Notes: generated by a model not told the origin, from the sequence alone. A stretch of 63,274 bases of DNA, filler included, from Dirinaria sp. TL-2023a (GCA_051941275.1; 10 parts of 10 records of this genome joined end to end with filler, not necessarily neighbours in it), one strand, 5' to 3'. Shown: positions 1 to 11,162, counted from the whole stretch's first letter. Program-made: numbers and translations.

Positions 1-51
1 CCCCCTTCAACCGTTTCCAACGCACTAACCCGCCCTCCCAAATCCTCACAG

Positions 52-461
52 CAAACGATGGGGCACTCTAAACCGCGTCAACCGCGTCCCCTACTACCAG
101 CGCATGTACCAGCGGGAGGATGGTCTCCGGCTGTGGTGGAAGGTATATCCATCCCATTCCCTCCCCCCCACCTCCAGAGGGCCAACCCATCAAATCAGCC
201 AAATCTCTAAACCGATCCTGATCAAATCGATATTATCTAGCATCCAAGGAGTAAATATTTCCTGTACCCGTATTTCGTGATGACGTTTGGAAGTTTTGCT
301 AGTAAGTCTCTCTCTTCATTCCCTACGATTTTATTTATTTATTTTTTCGGTGGGGGAAAGGTGATGGTGGTGGTATTTTGGACCTTTGGTTCTAACGATG
401 GTGTACAGTGTCGCAGTATATGATGGTGCGCCTGTTATTCGGGCATAAAACGCTGTGGTGA
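52..461 (+). CDS. COX7: Cytochrome c oxidase subunit VII, 5'-partial; exons 52-142, 241-301, 409-461
   Basis: Manual splicing gives ...KRWGTLNRVNRVPYYQRMYQREDGLRLWWK|HPRSKYFLYPYFVMTFGSFA|MSQYMMVRLLFGHKTLW*, matching the Cox7 LWW.HPRS..YLYP pattern. GT..AG introns; first exon lies off the contig. Not in the ORF track. Confidence 0.88.
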
Positions 462-1137
462 CCGGATTCGAAAGGTGGGAAAAGGAAAAGGGGGGATTAT
501 TGGGGGGGGAAGATAAAGGGCGAAGGTAGCAGAAAAGAGAGAGAGAGAAATGGAAGAGGGTCAGGGGAGTAGTAGTCAGTTGCTTGGGGCAGCAGGAAGG
601 AGCCCCCATTGTAAGACTACGATGAATTTACATCACTAGCCACGATCGAAAAATCAATTTTGATTTTTTTTTTTTGCGGTGACGGTTTTTGGGAGGATGT
701 GAGGGAGAGAATTGGTGGCCTACGAGACGAGACTGCTGTTTCGAGAAGGTTTTGACTTGAGATTCGATGTATTGGGCATTCGAGCTACAGAAACCGCCTC
801 GAATGACAGCGCAATGCTCTTTCTCTTACTTGACTGTAGTAGTGAAGGATGAAGAATCCCCTCGGACGTTGAAGAGGGTGCAATAATATTTTCCAAACGT
901 CGAAATTTAAACTTCTCACTTGAAAGCTGCTGAGCTATATAAAAAATACAGGATACATACTACTACAAATACAAAGATGCTCGCCAACATCAATCACGAT
1001 CAGGTACCCTTTTTCCTACTCTTTATGACTCCCTATGCAGGTCCCCAATATGCGGTCCCAGCAGAATGCATGACATGAAAACGCCCAAATCAATTCGCTC
1101 CAAACAACAGGAAACCCCAAAACGCGCCCGAAAACTC

Positions 1138-3444
1138 CTAAAGGCTTTCAAAGACCGGCTCCTTCTTCGGTCTCCCCCGTTTCCTCTTGGGAATCGGCTC
1201 CAGAACCCAGCCTTTCCAGCCTTTCTTTGCAGGCAGCTTCTTTTTCTGAACTCCTTTCTTGTCCTCTTTCTTGCTCTCTTTCTTGCCTTCTTCTTTCTTG
1301 TCCTCTTTCTTGTCCCCTCCCTTCTTAGCCTTCACCTCGAATGTCTGAACCTCGTCGACTTCCTTCATAATTATGTCGTCCAGGTCTACAGGGCCAAGCA
1401 GCCCCTTGCCCCTCTTTCTCAGAACTTTCTCTTCTTCCGGCCTTATGAATCGATGTACAGTTCTGTGGTCCATGACCCGCTCATCGTCTTCTTTGCCGGC
1501 TTTCTCCGACTTGGGCCATTGGTAGCCGTACAGCATGCTGTGTCGCTCACAGCGGGGACACTCCTTACGTGTCTGGTAGCCGTTAGGCTGCACCCAAGTG
1601 CCAGCGCAGGTCCGACAATCAACCCAGCGGGAATACTTCTCACCGAGCAGCATGGGTGTGCGGATGTAATCACCTGGAGTGCGTGTACGAGATGGTGGCT
1701 TTGTACTGGGTGGGAGCTCAATGGTAGGAAGAACCGCTTGACTAGGAAGCGCTGGTTTTTGAAAGATGTTGTCGGAGGATAATTCGCCCAAGGCAACCGT
1801 TGTGTTCGAGTCGTCCAAGGTCGCGGGATATTGTGATTCAGAAGCGTCGCTTACAGAAGACTCAACCTTCACTGGTTTGCTGTTGGGTTCAAACACGTTA
1901 TCTGAGGAGTCTAGCGACGTCGCTGGAGTAGAGGATAGTGGAACGCTATCATCGCGGAGGGAGCTGCCACTGCTGGTTGAGACGGAGGAGTGATGCTCTC
2001 TTGAATCCAAGACTGGAGCCGTCAGACGAGGATTACTAGGAGTGCTCGGCACTTCGGGGACATCGATAACCAGGAGTGTTTCCCCTGTAGAGGCAGGAGC
2101 CTCAACTGGTGAAGCGATAGGAGTGTCTACCTCCTGTCTACCTGCGGACTCCGCGGCGTCTATAAGGTCAGCAGCTTCTTGTGTAACTGAGCGCTTCTTG
2201 AAATTCTTAGCCTTCGCAAAAGCTGCTTTGACACTGGCGACTAGGCTGTCTTCTTCCTCGATATTGGCCGAACCAGGAGAGGGACTTGGCGAGGACGAAT
2301 GTTGCGCCACCTGAGGCAGAGAATGTACAGGATTAACCGGCACTAGCTCGTTACGCAATCTAGATGGTTTCTTTCGTCGTTGCTTGGACCCGACGGCATG
2401 ATCGACTTCATGATCCGTACTAGGCTGAGATCCTTGCGCACTGACCCTTTGCTTCTTTCTCGGAGGGCCATCTCCAGTCTCTGGAGTCGCTGAAATGGAG
2501 CTCAAATCCGAGTTCGAAGCACGCCTCTTGGATGATCGAAGGCCGTAGTTGGCCGGTGGCGCCAAACCAGAATCTGCAGGAGTTGCAGTGCCAGTCGCAG
2601 ATGGATTCTGCTCTCGTGCGGGCCAGCCATTCCGCCCTCCTTTCTCGCATGTCAAGCAGAGGCATTCACAATTGCCTTCGCCAAAGTAGTTGTCTCCATA
2701 GGTGACTGTAATTTCATCGCCGACCTCGATGTCGCGTACGGCCACAACCTCCATGCCGTCCGAGCCACGCGTGACTAACCGGGCATTGGCATTGCAGTCA
2801 TGGTTCGCAAATCGGGCGGGGCCGAGAAAAATTGAGGGTGTCTTCCTACGGCTTGACATGACAATGCTGAAGTCTCGCCGGGTTAGGTCTAGATCTTTCT
2901 CTTCCTCCGGCGTGATGGCTACTAGGCTGCCGCAAAGATACTTGATCATATCGCCCCTTTTGATGAACTGCCGAGCAGTGGTTGCGGCTTCATTGGTGAC
3001 AATGGTGTAGCGATTGGTCGTCGATACTTCGAAAGGACAGTCCGGCATCCATATGTTGATGTATTTGCGCAGGTGCCTTCTAAAATCCTCCTTTTCTCGG
3101 TCGGTCTTAAGGCTGTCGTGGAATTTACGCAAACCAGGGAGATTGAGCAAAGAACTCTCCGCTTTGATCGGATCCTTTGCCACAATGACCTCGTGTAGTA
3201 ATATATGGGTGATATCGTCTTGATTGATGCCGCGTGTCAGGTTGTATTTTGATCTGTTCTTCCGTATCGTGGTCCAAAAGTAAACCTTGAGAGCGCAAGT
3301 CAGTGGGCTTTCCTCTAGCCTGGGAAATATCATTGTACACACGTGGTCGACAAGCGCATCGGTGAGAATATCGTCATACCCAGCCAGCTGAGTTAACGTC
3401 AAGCGCTCTCTTTTCGGAACCACTTCCTCCTGCTTGTGCTTCAT
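1138..3444 (-). CDS. set9: Histone H4-K20 methyltransferase Set9 (Suv4-20 family); in-frame 57-nt intron 3286-3342
   Basis: LTLxQLxxYDDILTDALVD N-terminus, SET motifs GPARFANHDC and EITVTYGDNYFG, post-SET CECLCLTC, C-terminal CRTC..CPRC module and Lys-rich tail. Likely ATG at 3444. Confidence 0.95.
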   Translation of the reverse strand: MKHKQEEVVPKRERLTLTQLAGYDDILTDALVDHVCTMIFPRLEESPLTCALKVYFWTTIRKNRSKYNLTRGINQDDITHILLHEVIVAKDPIKAESSLLNLPGLRKFHDSLKTDREKEDFRRHLRKYINIWMPDCPFEVSTTNRYTIVTNEAATTARQFIKRGDMIKYLCGSLVAITPEEEKDLDLTRRDFSIVMSSRRKTPSIFLGPARFANHDCNANARLVTRGSDGMEVVAVRDIEVGDEITVTYGDNYFGEGNCECLCLTCEKGGRNGWPAREQNPSATGTATPADSGLAPPANYGLRSSKRRASNSDLSSISATPETGDGPPRKKQRVSAQGSQPSTDHEVDHAVGSKQRRKKPSRLRNELVPVNPVHSLPQVAQHSSSPSPSPGSANIEEEDSLVASVKAAFAKAKNFKKRSVTQEAADLIDAAESAGRQEVDTPIASPVEAPASTGETLLVIDVPEVPSTPSNPRLTAPVLDSREHHSSVSTSSGSSLRDDSVPLSSTPATSLDSSDNVFEPNSKPVKVESSVSDASESQYPATLDDSNTTVALGELSSDNIFQKPALPSQAVLPTIELPPSTKPPSRTRTPGDYIRTPMLLGEKYSRWVDCRTCAGTWVQPNGYQTRKECPRCERHSMLYGYQWPKSEKAGKEDDERVMDHRTVHRFIRPEEEKVLRKRGKGLLGPVDLDDIIMKEVDEVQTFEVKAKKGGDKKEDKKEEGKKESKKEDKKGVQKKKLPAKKGWKGWVLEPIPKRKRGRPKKEPVFESL

Positions 3445-4016
3445 TGTGACTACTTTATGGTAGAGGTACGTAAGGAAGTGTGGGTACGGAGAGAAAGAGA
3501 GATCGATGTTCAGCTGAGAAGAGGATTTGTAGGAAGGGAGGTGGAAAACATGGCATGCAAGGAACCAGTCATATGTCGACAATAATAGAAAAACGCGAGT
3601 GAATGAATTTACACGGGCGCGGAACAAGTGAAGGCACGAGTCGCACAAGGCTATCGTCCATGTTACAGGACGGTTCCCGCAATAATAATAATAAGAAAAG
3701 GCGACTCGTCATGGCGAGGCATGCCCTTTTGCGTTGATGGATGTCCAGCTCTCGGTCAGCCAAAGCGTCATGATCCAGGGGCGAAGCCCAAATCGGCACC
3801 ACCGAACTCCCACCGAGCGAGCGAGCCTACCGAGCCTACCACTGCGAGCACCACCGCGAGCACCACAACCACCGCCTGCCGCAGCGCTGATCTCCCGCAA
3901 CACAGTCTTGGCACTGCCTCAGCGTCGTCTAGATCTAAGACTTTTCAATCAGGACTCCTGCAAACTGCAAAAGCAATTAACTCGGACATCTCCGTGCATC
4001 CTGGCATGCTGCGACG

Positions 4017-4644
4017 ATGATCCAGCTCAAGGTAAGGCCATTTGAATCATCTACGACAGTTCAAACCCATCTAACCCATGGATTCCAGACGATGCTGAAT
4101 TGCATCGACAACTCCGGAGCCCTCATCGTCGAATGCGTAGCCAATCTTCGCATGAAGAGGCATGGCCGAGTCGGTACGACGACCTTCTTGGACTATACGA
4201 CTTTGACAAACGTTTGCTAATGAAGTAATCTAGGTGACCGCATTATTGTAGTCGTCCAGAAAGCTCGCCCCATCCACGACCACTTGCCGGGGAGGCGCAG
4301 CTCTGGAGGAGTCGCAGCAGCGAACATGGTCAGGCGAGGTGACATCAGGCATGCGGTTATTGTGCGGACGTGCAAGAAAACGCAGAGGGAAGATGGCAGC
4401 GTTGTGAAGTTCGATGACAATGCTTGCGTCCTCATTGGAAAGACCGGGGAGCCCCTGGGGACTAGGATCAACGGTCAGTACGCAGATTTGCTTCAGATCT
4501 AGTCACATGCGATATCGAGCTTGTTGTGGCATTTACATCGCCGTTGGAGTCCAAAAGCTAATCCAGGAATCAGGCGTTGTGGGAGGTGAGCTCCGAAATA
4601 AGCAGTGGTCCAAGATCCTTTCACTAGCACCAACGCATGTATAA
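4017..4644 (+). CDS. MRPL38: Mitochondrial ribosomal protein uL14m; exons 4017-4031, 4089-4173, 4234-4473, 4574-4644
   Basis: MIQLK|TMLNCIDNSGA...GDRIIVVVQKAR...AVIVRT...DGSVVKFDDNACVLI...PLGTRING|VVGGELR...KILSLAP is the L14 signature; canonical introns. Confidence 0.95.
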
Positions 4645-4816
4645 TATTTTCAAACATATCTTGGGGGTTCAGGTAAAGATGTAGTTGAATTATGTAATTT
4701 CAAGCCCTGTCAACGCCTCGTATATCCCTTGCAACTTGCGATTTAAGATCGCCACAGTCAAATACCAGGCCATCCACCAACTCCACGCTTTGGTCATCGG
4801 TGCAATTGAATGCACG

Positions 4817-5573
4817 CTATTTGAAGATGTTACCGCAACTGCAGCAGACGTAGAAGAGTCGCTGCGTATGTATTAGCAAAACCTCCTCGCCGCAAACGGG
4901 AAGTAGATGAGCATACCATTCCGGTCTCCGCCGACCGCTGCTGCGACTGGAAAAACACCGCTTCGGTCTCCTTGCAATGTGGGCACTGCTTATTCGACCT
5001 CGGCAGCTGTGATGAAAGGTGCATCAGCAAAAGGTTCATAGAACATTGTTTGTGACTCCCGTTCCAGCAACGGCTGCGCCAAGCCGTTTTTCACACCCTT
5101 GAAGCACCTGCTCCTCCTCCAAATCTCCCTCCTCCAAACCCCGCTCCTCCTCATCTTCGCTCTCTACATAGAACATGAAACCCTCAACGCTCATCTCATC
5201 ACAAAAGGAACAACGTATAGGCAGGTGACAAAGGGCACAAAACCCGGGGATACCGACCGTAGGATCTGAACCCACGTCCTGCGTGACACCCGCCGTTTCC
5301 CCTATACTGGTATCTAGATTGTTCCTGTAGACGCAGGACGAAGATGCTTTCTCGCTATACTGGCAGGTCGAGCAGGCAAACATGAGTTGGTGCGTTTGGC
5401 GGTCTTCTTTCGGGTAGAGCATATTGGAGCTGTCACACATTAGCGGGATGGATTCGTTAGGGCCAACAGTTGAAAAGCAAAGGGACTCACCATTCATTGC
5501 AGAACTTGAATTTGATCTGTTCTCGTGTTGGCTTGTCCAGGGCCTCGTTCATTTCAGGCGGTGAGGCAGACAT
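4817..5573 (-). CDS. RPB9: RNA polymerase II subunit Rpb9; exons 5573-5491, 5429-5258, 5006-4917, 4861-4817
   Basis: FKFCNEC|SNMLYPKED...CSTC...DVGSDPT|LPRSNKQCPHC..EAVFFQSQQRSAETGM|RLFYVCCSCGNIFK*: two Zn ribbons and the DPTLPR motif. Confidence 0.95.
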
Positions 5574-6255
5574 GGCCGTTTGTAAGGTTTAAGGTGATGA
5601 GAAGTATGTAGATGATGAGAAGAATGTTACGGGGATGATTCTTCCGAGATCCAAAGCTTTCGGTACTTAAGGTAAGCTTGCAGCTTTAATTTACGTTTGA
5701 TGAGTCACGTAGAGGTAGGTAAGGTATGATCCTTACCTTAGTAAGTGAGGTAAGATGGAGGAACGATGGGGAGAAACAAAGCTAAGGCAGCAGGTGCAGC
5801 TGTCCGCCTTACGCTAAGCTTTGGCGGCATTAGCGCGGGGCTCGATAGGTTCCTTCCGCAACGGCCACGATTGAAGATGCAGCCCGGCGTGGCACGAGGG
5901 AGGTGGGGACTTCGTATTTACTTCCTTGACTTTACAATCTGAAGGGCGGCGACCGAAAGCAGAGTCGGGTGTCCATAACAAACCCACTTGCAACACCTTC
6001 GAACACGAGTACGAGAAGATCCTTCCAAAGCCAAGAGCGCCAGACAGAAACCCCCCATAGAAAGGCGTGCATTACCTTAGGAATCCTCCCCTCTCCCATC
6101 TTGTGACACCACACCCTGCATCTACTTGCCCTTGGAGAACATCTCGCAATCCCGCTTTTTTTTTTTTTTGCGCCGCCAAGATACCGACAAACGCCGCAGC
6201 CTGGAACAGCTCTCATTGCTAAAGAAAAGTACAAAAGCAACCAATCTTCTTCGCC

Positions 6256-6271
6256 ATGGTAAGCTCTCTTC
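6256..6271 (+). other. Probable start of a gene (ATG immediately followed by an intron donor), truncated by the contig end
   Basis: TCGCC-ATG|GTAAGC: good start context plus consensus 5' splice site; divergent from RPB9. Confidence 0.45.
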
Positions 6272-6371
6272 NNNNNNNNNNNNNNNNNNNNNNNNNNNNN
6301 NNNNNNNNNNNNNNNTTAATTAATTAANNNNNNNNNNNNNNNNNNNNNNNNNNNNNNNNNNNNNNNNNNNN
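6272..6371. other. Artificial contig spacer
   Basis: N44-TTAATTAATTAA-N44 (stops in all six frames). Confidence 0.99.
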
Positions 6372-8929
6372 GTTTAATAGAGCCATTCACGCTCACGCGC
6401 TGCCGCTTGAGATGTTTACACAGAGCCGTGAAGAGACGCAGTCCGACCTCCTGGTTGAACACGTCCAGCATCGTTTTATCGGTGCTTCCGACCAGCATCT
6501 TCGTGTGCCCGGACACGATCTCGACGATCTGCTTCGCCGTCTCGCTCGGTCCGATATCCATCACTTCCGTACCACCGCCACCAGCACCACCACCGTTCAC
6601 GTCCGGCGGATTGAAGTCTTCCGGCTTCTGGGTGGTCGCGCACACGTACTCGACTTCGGTCATCAGCACTTCGATCCCCTTGTTCAAGCCGGCGGCTACA
6701 CGCTCGTCGAGCATCTGTTCGAACCGCTTCTTCTCTTTGACGGCGGGCGAGAGGAAGTCGGATCGGTCGGTGAGGTGGGTGGCGATCAGTTCCTGTTCGT
6801 AGAAGACGTCGAGCATTTGCTGGATCAGATCGCCGACATTGACCAGCTCGAGAAAGGTGACGAGCGGTGTAGCGCCGCGAGGCTGGCCAGCGTGATTATC
6901 ATCATTATCGCTGCTTCGAGGGTTGTAGTTTGACAGATGCTCCACAGCCTGGTCGAACCCTGCTTTGATATGCCGGCTGCCTAGGTACTGCAGGAGGAGA
7001 ACGAAGATAAGCTCGCATTGTTTGCGCGCGTCTTCGCCGAAGTGGCCTTCGACCTTTACGAAAGTAGCTGCGCGCTCGATGCTCGATTTCGCAGAATGCA
7101 CCAGGTTGAGTGCTACTTCGATACTGAACAATGAGCGAATGCCTTCCAGGCGAGACTTCATGATGGCGGCTTTAGCGGCTAGCTCGGTCGTTGGCGGTTC
7201 TGGAACCGGGGACGAGGATCGTGGAACCGTCAAGGCGTTGGCGGTCAACGGATTGGGGCTGGGGGACCTGGTCGGATTCTGTGATGAAGAACGTTGTACT
7301 TCCAAGTTCTCACCGTTCACCAGGGCTTTGGCCGTCGCAGGCTTGTTCCCAAACGGGGAAGACATGGGGAAAGTCGGGAGAACGTTGACAGGCATCATCA
7401 CCATCTTCTTGAACGATGTTAGAAAATCCCGTTTGTCCGCTTGCCGGTTGACATTGGACATATACATCGATTGCATTGTAGCATCTTGTTCAGACAGCTG
7501 TCTTTCCCAATCCCCGACCTCTGTTTCGCATTTGCGCTTGAACGAAGTCATTTCCTCTACAAGATAGAGGTCAATATGAGGCTCGAATGCGTCGAATATT
7601 ACTTCTTCAACGACGCTGTCAAACGAGTCATCGGAGTTGATGCTTGGCTGCAATGATCTAGTAAAGTTGCGCGCCTGCGCGTATGTTGTAGAGACAGCTT
7701 TCAAGTACTCCTCCACGCTCATACGATGAGCTTCATCAAACAGAGTCGTTAGATACTCCGCGATAACCTCTTTCCCAACTCTGCGAAGTAGAGGGATTGT
7801 AGCATTGACTGTAGCTGGGAAAACTCTGTCAATGATTGTGACATTCTCATTAAACGCCGTGGCAACATTGTTGAAGAAGCGATACGAGTTGTCCATAGAA
7901 AAGCTTCCAGTATTCAGGCATCCGAGTGGATTGCCCATGCTCAACCTCTCTTTGATCATGTTTGACCTTGAGATGAACATATCGACGCCCTTTACACACC
8001 CATTGAGACTTGCAAGCACATGTGCATATTTACGCATCTTACCCTCAACGTCTCCATCGATCAGGCCATGCTCGAACTCCCGCGCCACGGCGGTCTCAAA
8101 CGCTTCTTCTAGTGCTTTCAACTTGGCTTCCCTCGACAACCACCCTTGAGAGATATCGCTTCTCGAAAATCTGCTCATATTGGACAGCATTTGGGCTTGC
8201 TGATCAGGATCTCGATAGATCCGGAAAACACTGGCATCGGTATGGCTTTTGCTCTGGACAGCATTGCTATATAAGGGAGCCAAAGCCCCATGGATCTTTC
8301 CGTATTCTTGTCTTGCACGCCCTCGAATAGAGTGTATTCTGGAGAAGACCGTCAATCGCGATGCCGGGTCGGAGGCATTATGAGCTGACGGCGGCTCCTG
8401 AGGGCTTGTAGGCGACAATGCGGTGGTGTCGAATCCCTCGCTCAGACTTCCATTGCGGCGATGGGACTTTGACAAGTTTTGGTTTTTGCCCGCTTCGAAT
8501 ATCACGGTACTCTTTTCCCTGGCCACATCATTTGCAATGTTGACCCCTATACCGACCCTTTTACTCTCTACCAGGGGCACAGCGCCAGCAGTCTGCTCGA
8601 CAGTCCCTACTGTTCCTTTCCGAGCTTCAACCTCGTTCCAGCAGCCCATCAATCGAAGTCGTTGTACCCATCTCGTATCATCGTATACCATCTCCCGCAT
8701 GCGCTTGGAGACTCGCGCAAATCGAATTAGGTCTGAGACATCGAGGTAATCGAGGATCATTGAGAGAATCTCTAGCGCCTCTCAGCTCTAGCACTGAATC
8801 CACGGTATCATATCACGCACCTGCTGGTAGGAACGGCTTCGATATTACAATCGAGGCCTCTCTCAATGCCGCGAAGCGGTCTTGTTTGGGCATTGTGCCT
8901 TTAATCTGCGCTGCCTTGAGGCCCGACAT
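6372..8929 (-). CDS. RCY1: Recyclin-1 (F-box plus Sec10-like helical domain), 3'-truncated; intron 8772-8820
   Basis: F-box LPA|EILSMILDYLDVSDLIRFARVSKRM, then Rcy1-type motifs ADKRDFLTSFKK, IRSLFSIEVAL, FLELVNVGDLIQQMLDVFY, KKRFEQMLDERVAAGL. Confidence 0.92.
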
Positions 8930-9549
8930 AGCTTGACCTTCTGCTCCGAGAGGGACCTTCGAACAGGTCTATTGACGAGCATGGACAAGCTAATAAACGA
9001 GGGCAGGCTGTCTCCAATACTAAAGATTACTTCTACATTGTGGATTGTTTAGGTAAGGTAGAGGCAAGAACAATGGGAGGGTCTGATGAGGGTTAAGCTA
9101 GTAAAGAAACTGACTGGTGAACTTTTCACACTGCCGAACCGGTGTTCCAACCAAAGCAGTAGGTTCGAGCATCATAAGGTGGTCATAGTTGTATGTGGTA
9201 TCGATTTTCAAATTATTCTTCTTTTTTTAAAAAAAAAAAAAAAACGATTGTGGCTCAAAGGTGCATCAAGGTGGTGAATTTTAGTATCACGAGGCTCAGG
9301 GATCTCACGAATAGCAGCGATACACATTGGGGGTGGGTTACTGGTTAGGGCGAACGATTGGGATGATGAAGCATTATCTAGGATTTTAATCCTTCCTTTA
9401 TATTTCCTTTTTCACTGGGCCAGAATCTTTGTGATTCCACCCAATGTGCGCCAAAAGCCAACCGCCAGAATTCTAAGAAATCTTGCGTTTCTGGACTGAT
9501 ACTATTACCCTTTACTCATCCATCCATTAACCACTTTCTTGAAACTATG

Positions 9550-11162
9550 TTATCCTGCTTGATCGTCGTCCTGGTCGTAATCGTCGCGATCGCGCATATT
9601 GCCTCTGGGTCCGTCCTTCCGAATAGGAATCTTGATACCCTGCGTAGCAAAGCATTTGCTCAACGCAGTACTCTCAATCACGCCTGGGAACTTCTTTGCA
9701 CTGTAGACTTGAAATACATCAGAGAACGTGGAAGCAAGGACGGGTGCGGATCCGTTGTTCAGAGCAGTGGTGGAGTTCGGCTGGCCGACATTGACAAAAT
9801 TCATCTTTAAGCTAGAGATGGCTGCATTAGTAGGGACGAAAACCAACAAAGGTATGGAGGGAAATCGTCATGGCTGCGTCCAACATATACTGACAGCTGC
9901 AATACAGAGCAAGGAAAGGGGAGAAACAGCTACCCAGTAGAACTGAACGCGCACATACCGGAATGAGCCTTCAGTTCTGACACTCAAGTCCTGCAGAATG
10001 AACCAGACGCCCATTTGCGAATCGGGATCTGTCAATTTAAAGGCACTGACACACAGGCTGCCGATCAAATTGCGAGTGAACATGCCCGTCGCTTGCTGGC
10101 CTGTTTGAGGTTGCATTTGGTCTGGCGTGAGCAGAGGACCTTGCTGTTGGGAATGTCCATAGTATGCCATTGGATTCGCTGCAGCGGGAGCATAATACGG
10201 CTGAGGCTGCGATTGGGAAGGATACTGCGGCTGTGGCTGATACTGCTGGTGAGAGGGTTGATACTGCGATTGAGGCGGCGCTATCGGCTGCGGTGGACGC
10301 CAGGTATGGTACAACGGCGTCGTATAGCCATAGGCACCTCCGTTGGTCGACTGCGCTGTGTTCTGTTGGGCAGGAAGCTGGTTTTGATGGTGCCAGCCTG
10401 CACTTTGCATGCTTAGAGGGTTGGCGGAATTAGGAGCTGAAGAAACGCCATTGGTCTGGTACGGCGGAGTGGGCGGCCTCGGGGGATAGGATGATGATGT
10501 CGCAGCAGAGATTGACGGCGAGGTCGCCGAATGTCGGACCAGATTGACCTCCCGTTTACCGTCCGCGGACCAGAGATCTACGGTCAGGACAAAGAAAGCG
10601 GTGTCTACCTCGCTATATTCATATTGCCGTCAGTACTGGGAAACTTACGATCGGCGTCGATCTCTCGAAGATTGCGCCAAATGCACGGGTCACGAACCTA
10701 ATGTCGATTTGCTCTCGTGTAGTAGCGTCCCGAACGATCAATCTTATGCACGGAGGCGGTGTGATAGGCCGTCTGTCCTGTCAGTTGCCAAGTCTGTGTG
10801 AGCTCAACAATCCCAGATCTCATGCCAATCATGCAACGAACCTTGTCTCCGAAACCGCACATGCGAGCGCGAATTGGCTGCTGGACCACTTCAAGACTGG
10901 CACCGAAATTGGGTCAGGTGACTTTTTCACATGAGCGAATCTAGAAGCTATGCTCTCACCTATAGTGTTTGCCATTCTCCACGCAGCCCACGGGACTGAG
11001 CTCCTCTGGAGACTGCGGCAGCCTTGGCAGCACCGTATGGGAAGTTGAAGACGGCGTTGGGTACGAAGGGCCCCCGTTGACGTTTCGATCCACGGGCATC
11101 GTAGGGTCCATGGAAATGGGAGGTTGGATAGGAGGCGGACGTTCTTGATGGGCCATGTACAT
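9550..11162 (-). CDS. velB: Velvet complex subunit VelB (multi-exon; split velvet domain with Q/P/Y-rich insertion)
   Basis: [100 protein letters not shown] disordered insertion inside the velvet domain is typical of VelB. Confidence 0.93.

Noticed and set aside
1066..1782. 238-aa plus-strand ORF with a long hydrophobic stretch
   Set aside because: Antisense shadow of the Lys/Glu-rich Set9 tail.
3445..3648. 68-codon N-terminal extension of the Set9 ORF
   Set aside because: No conserved-looking content; the ATG at 3444 has good context and directly precedes the family motif.
5701..5707. TGAGTCA Gcn4/CpcA-type site upstream of RPB9
   Set aside because: A single 7-mer is expected by chance in 63 kb; no supporting evidence.
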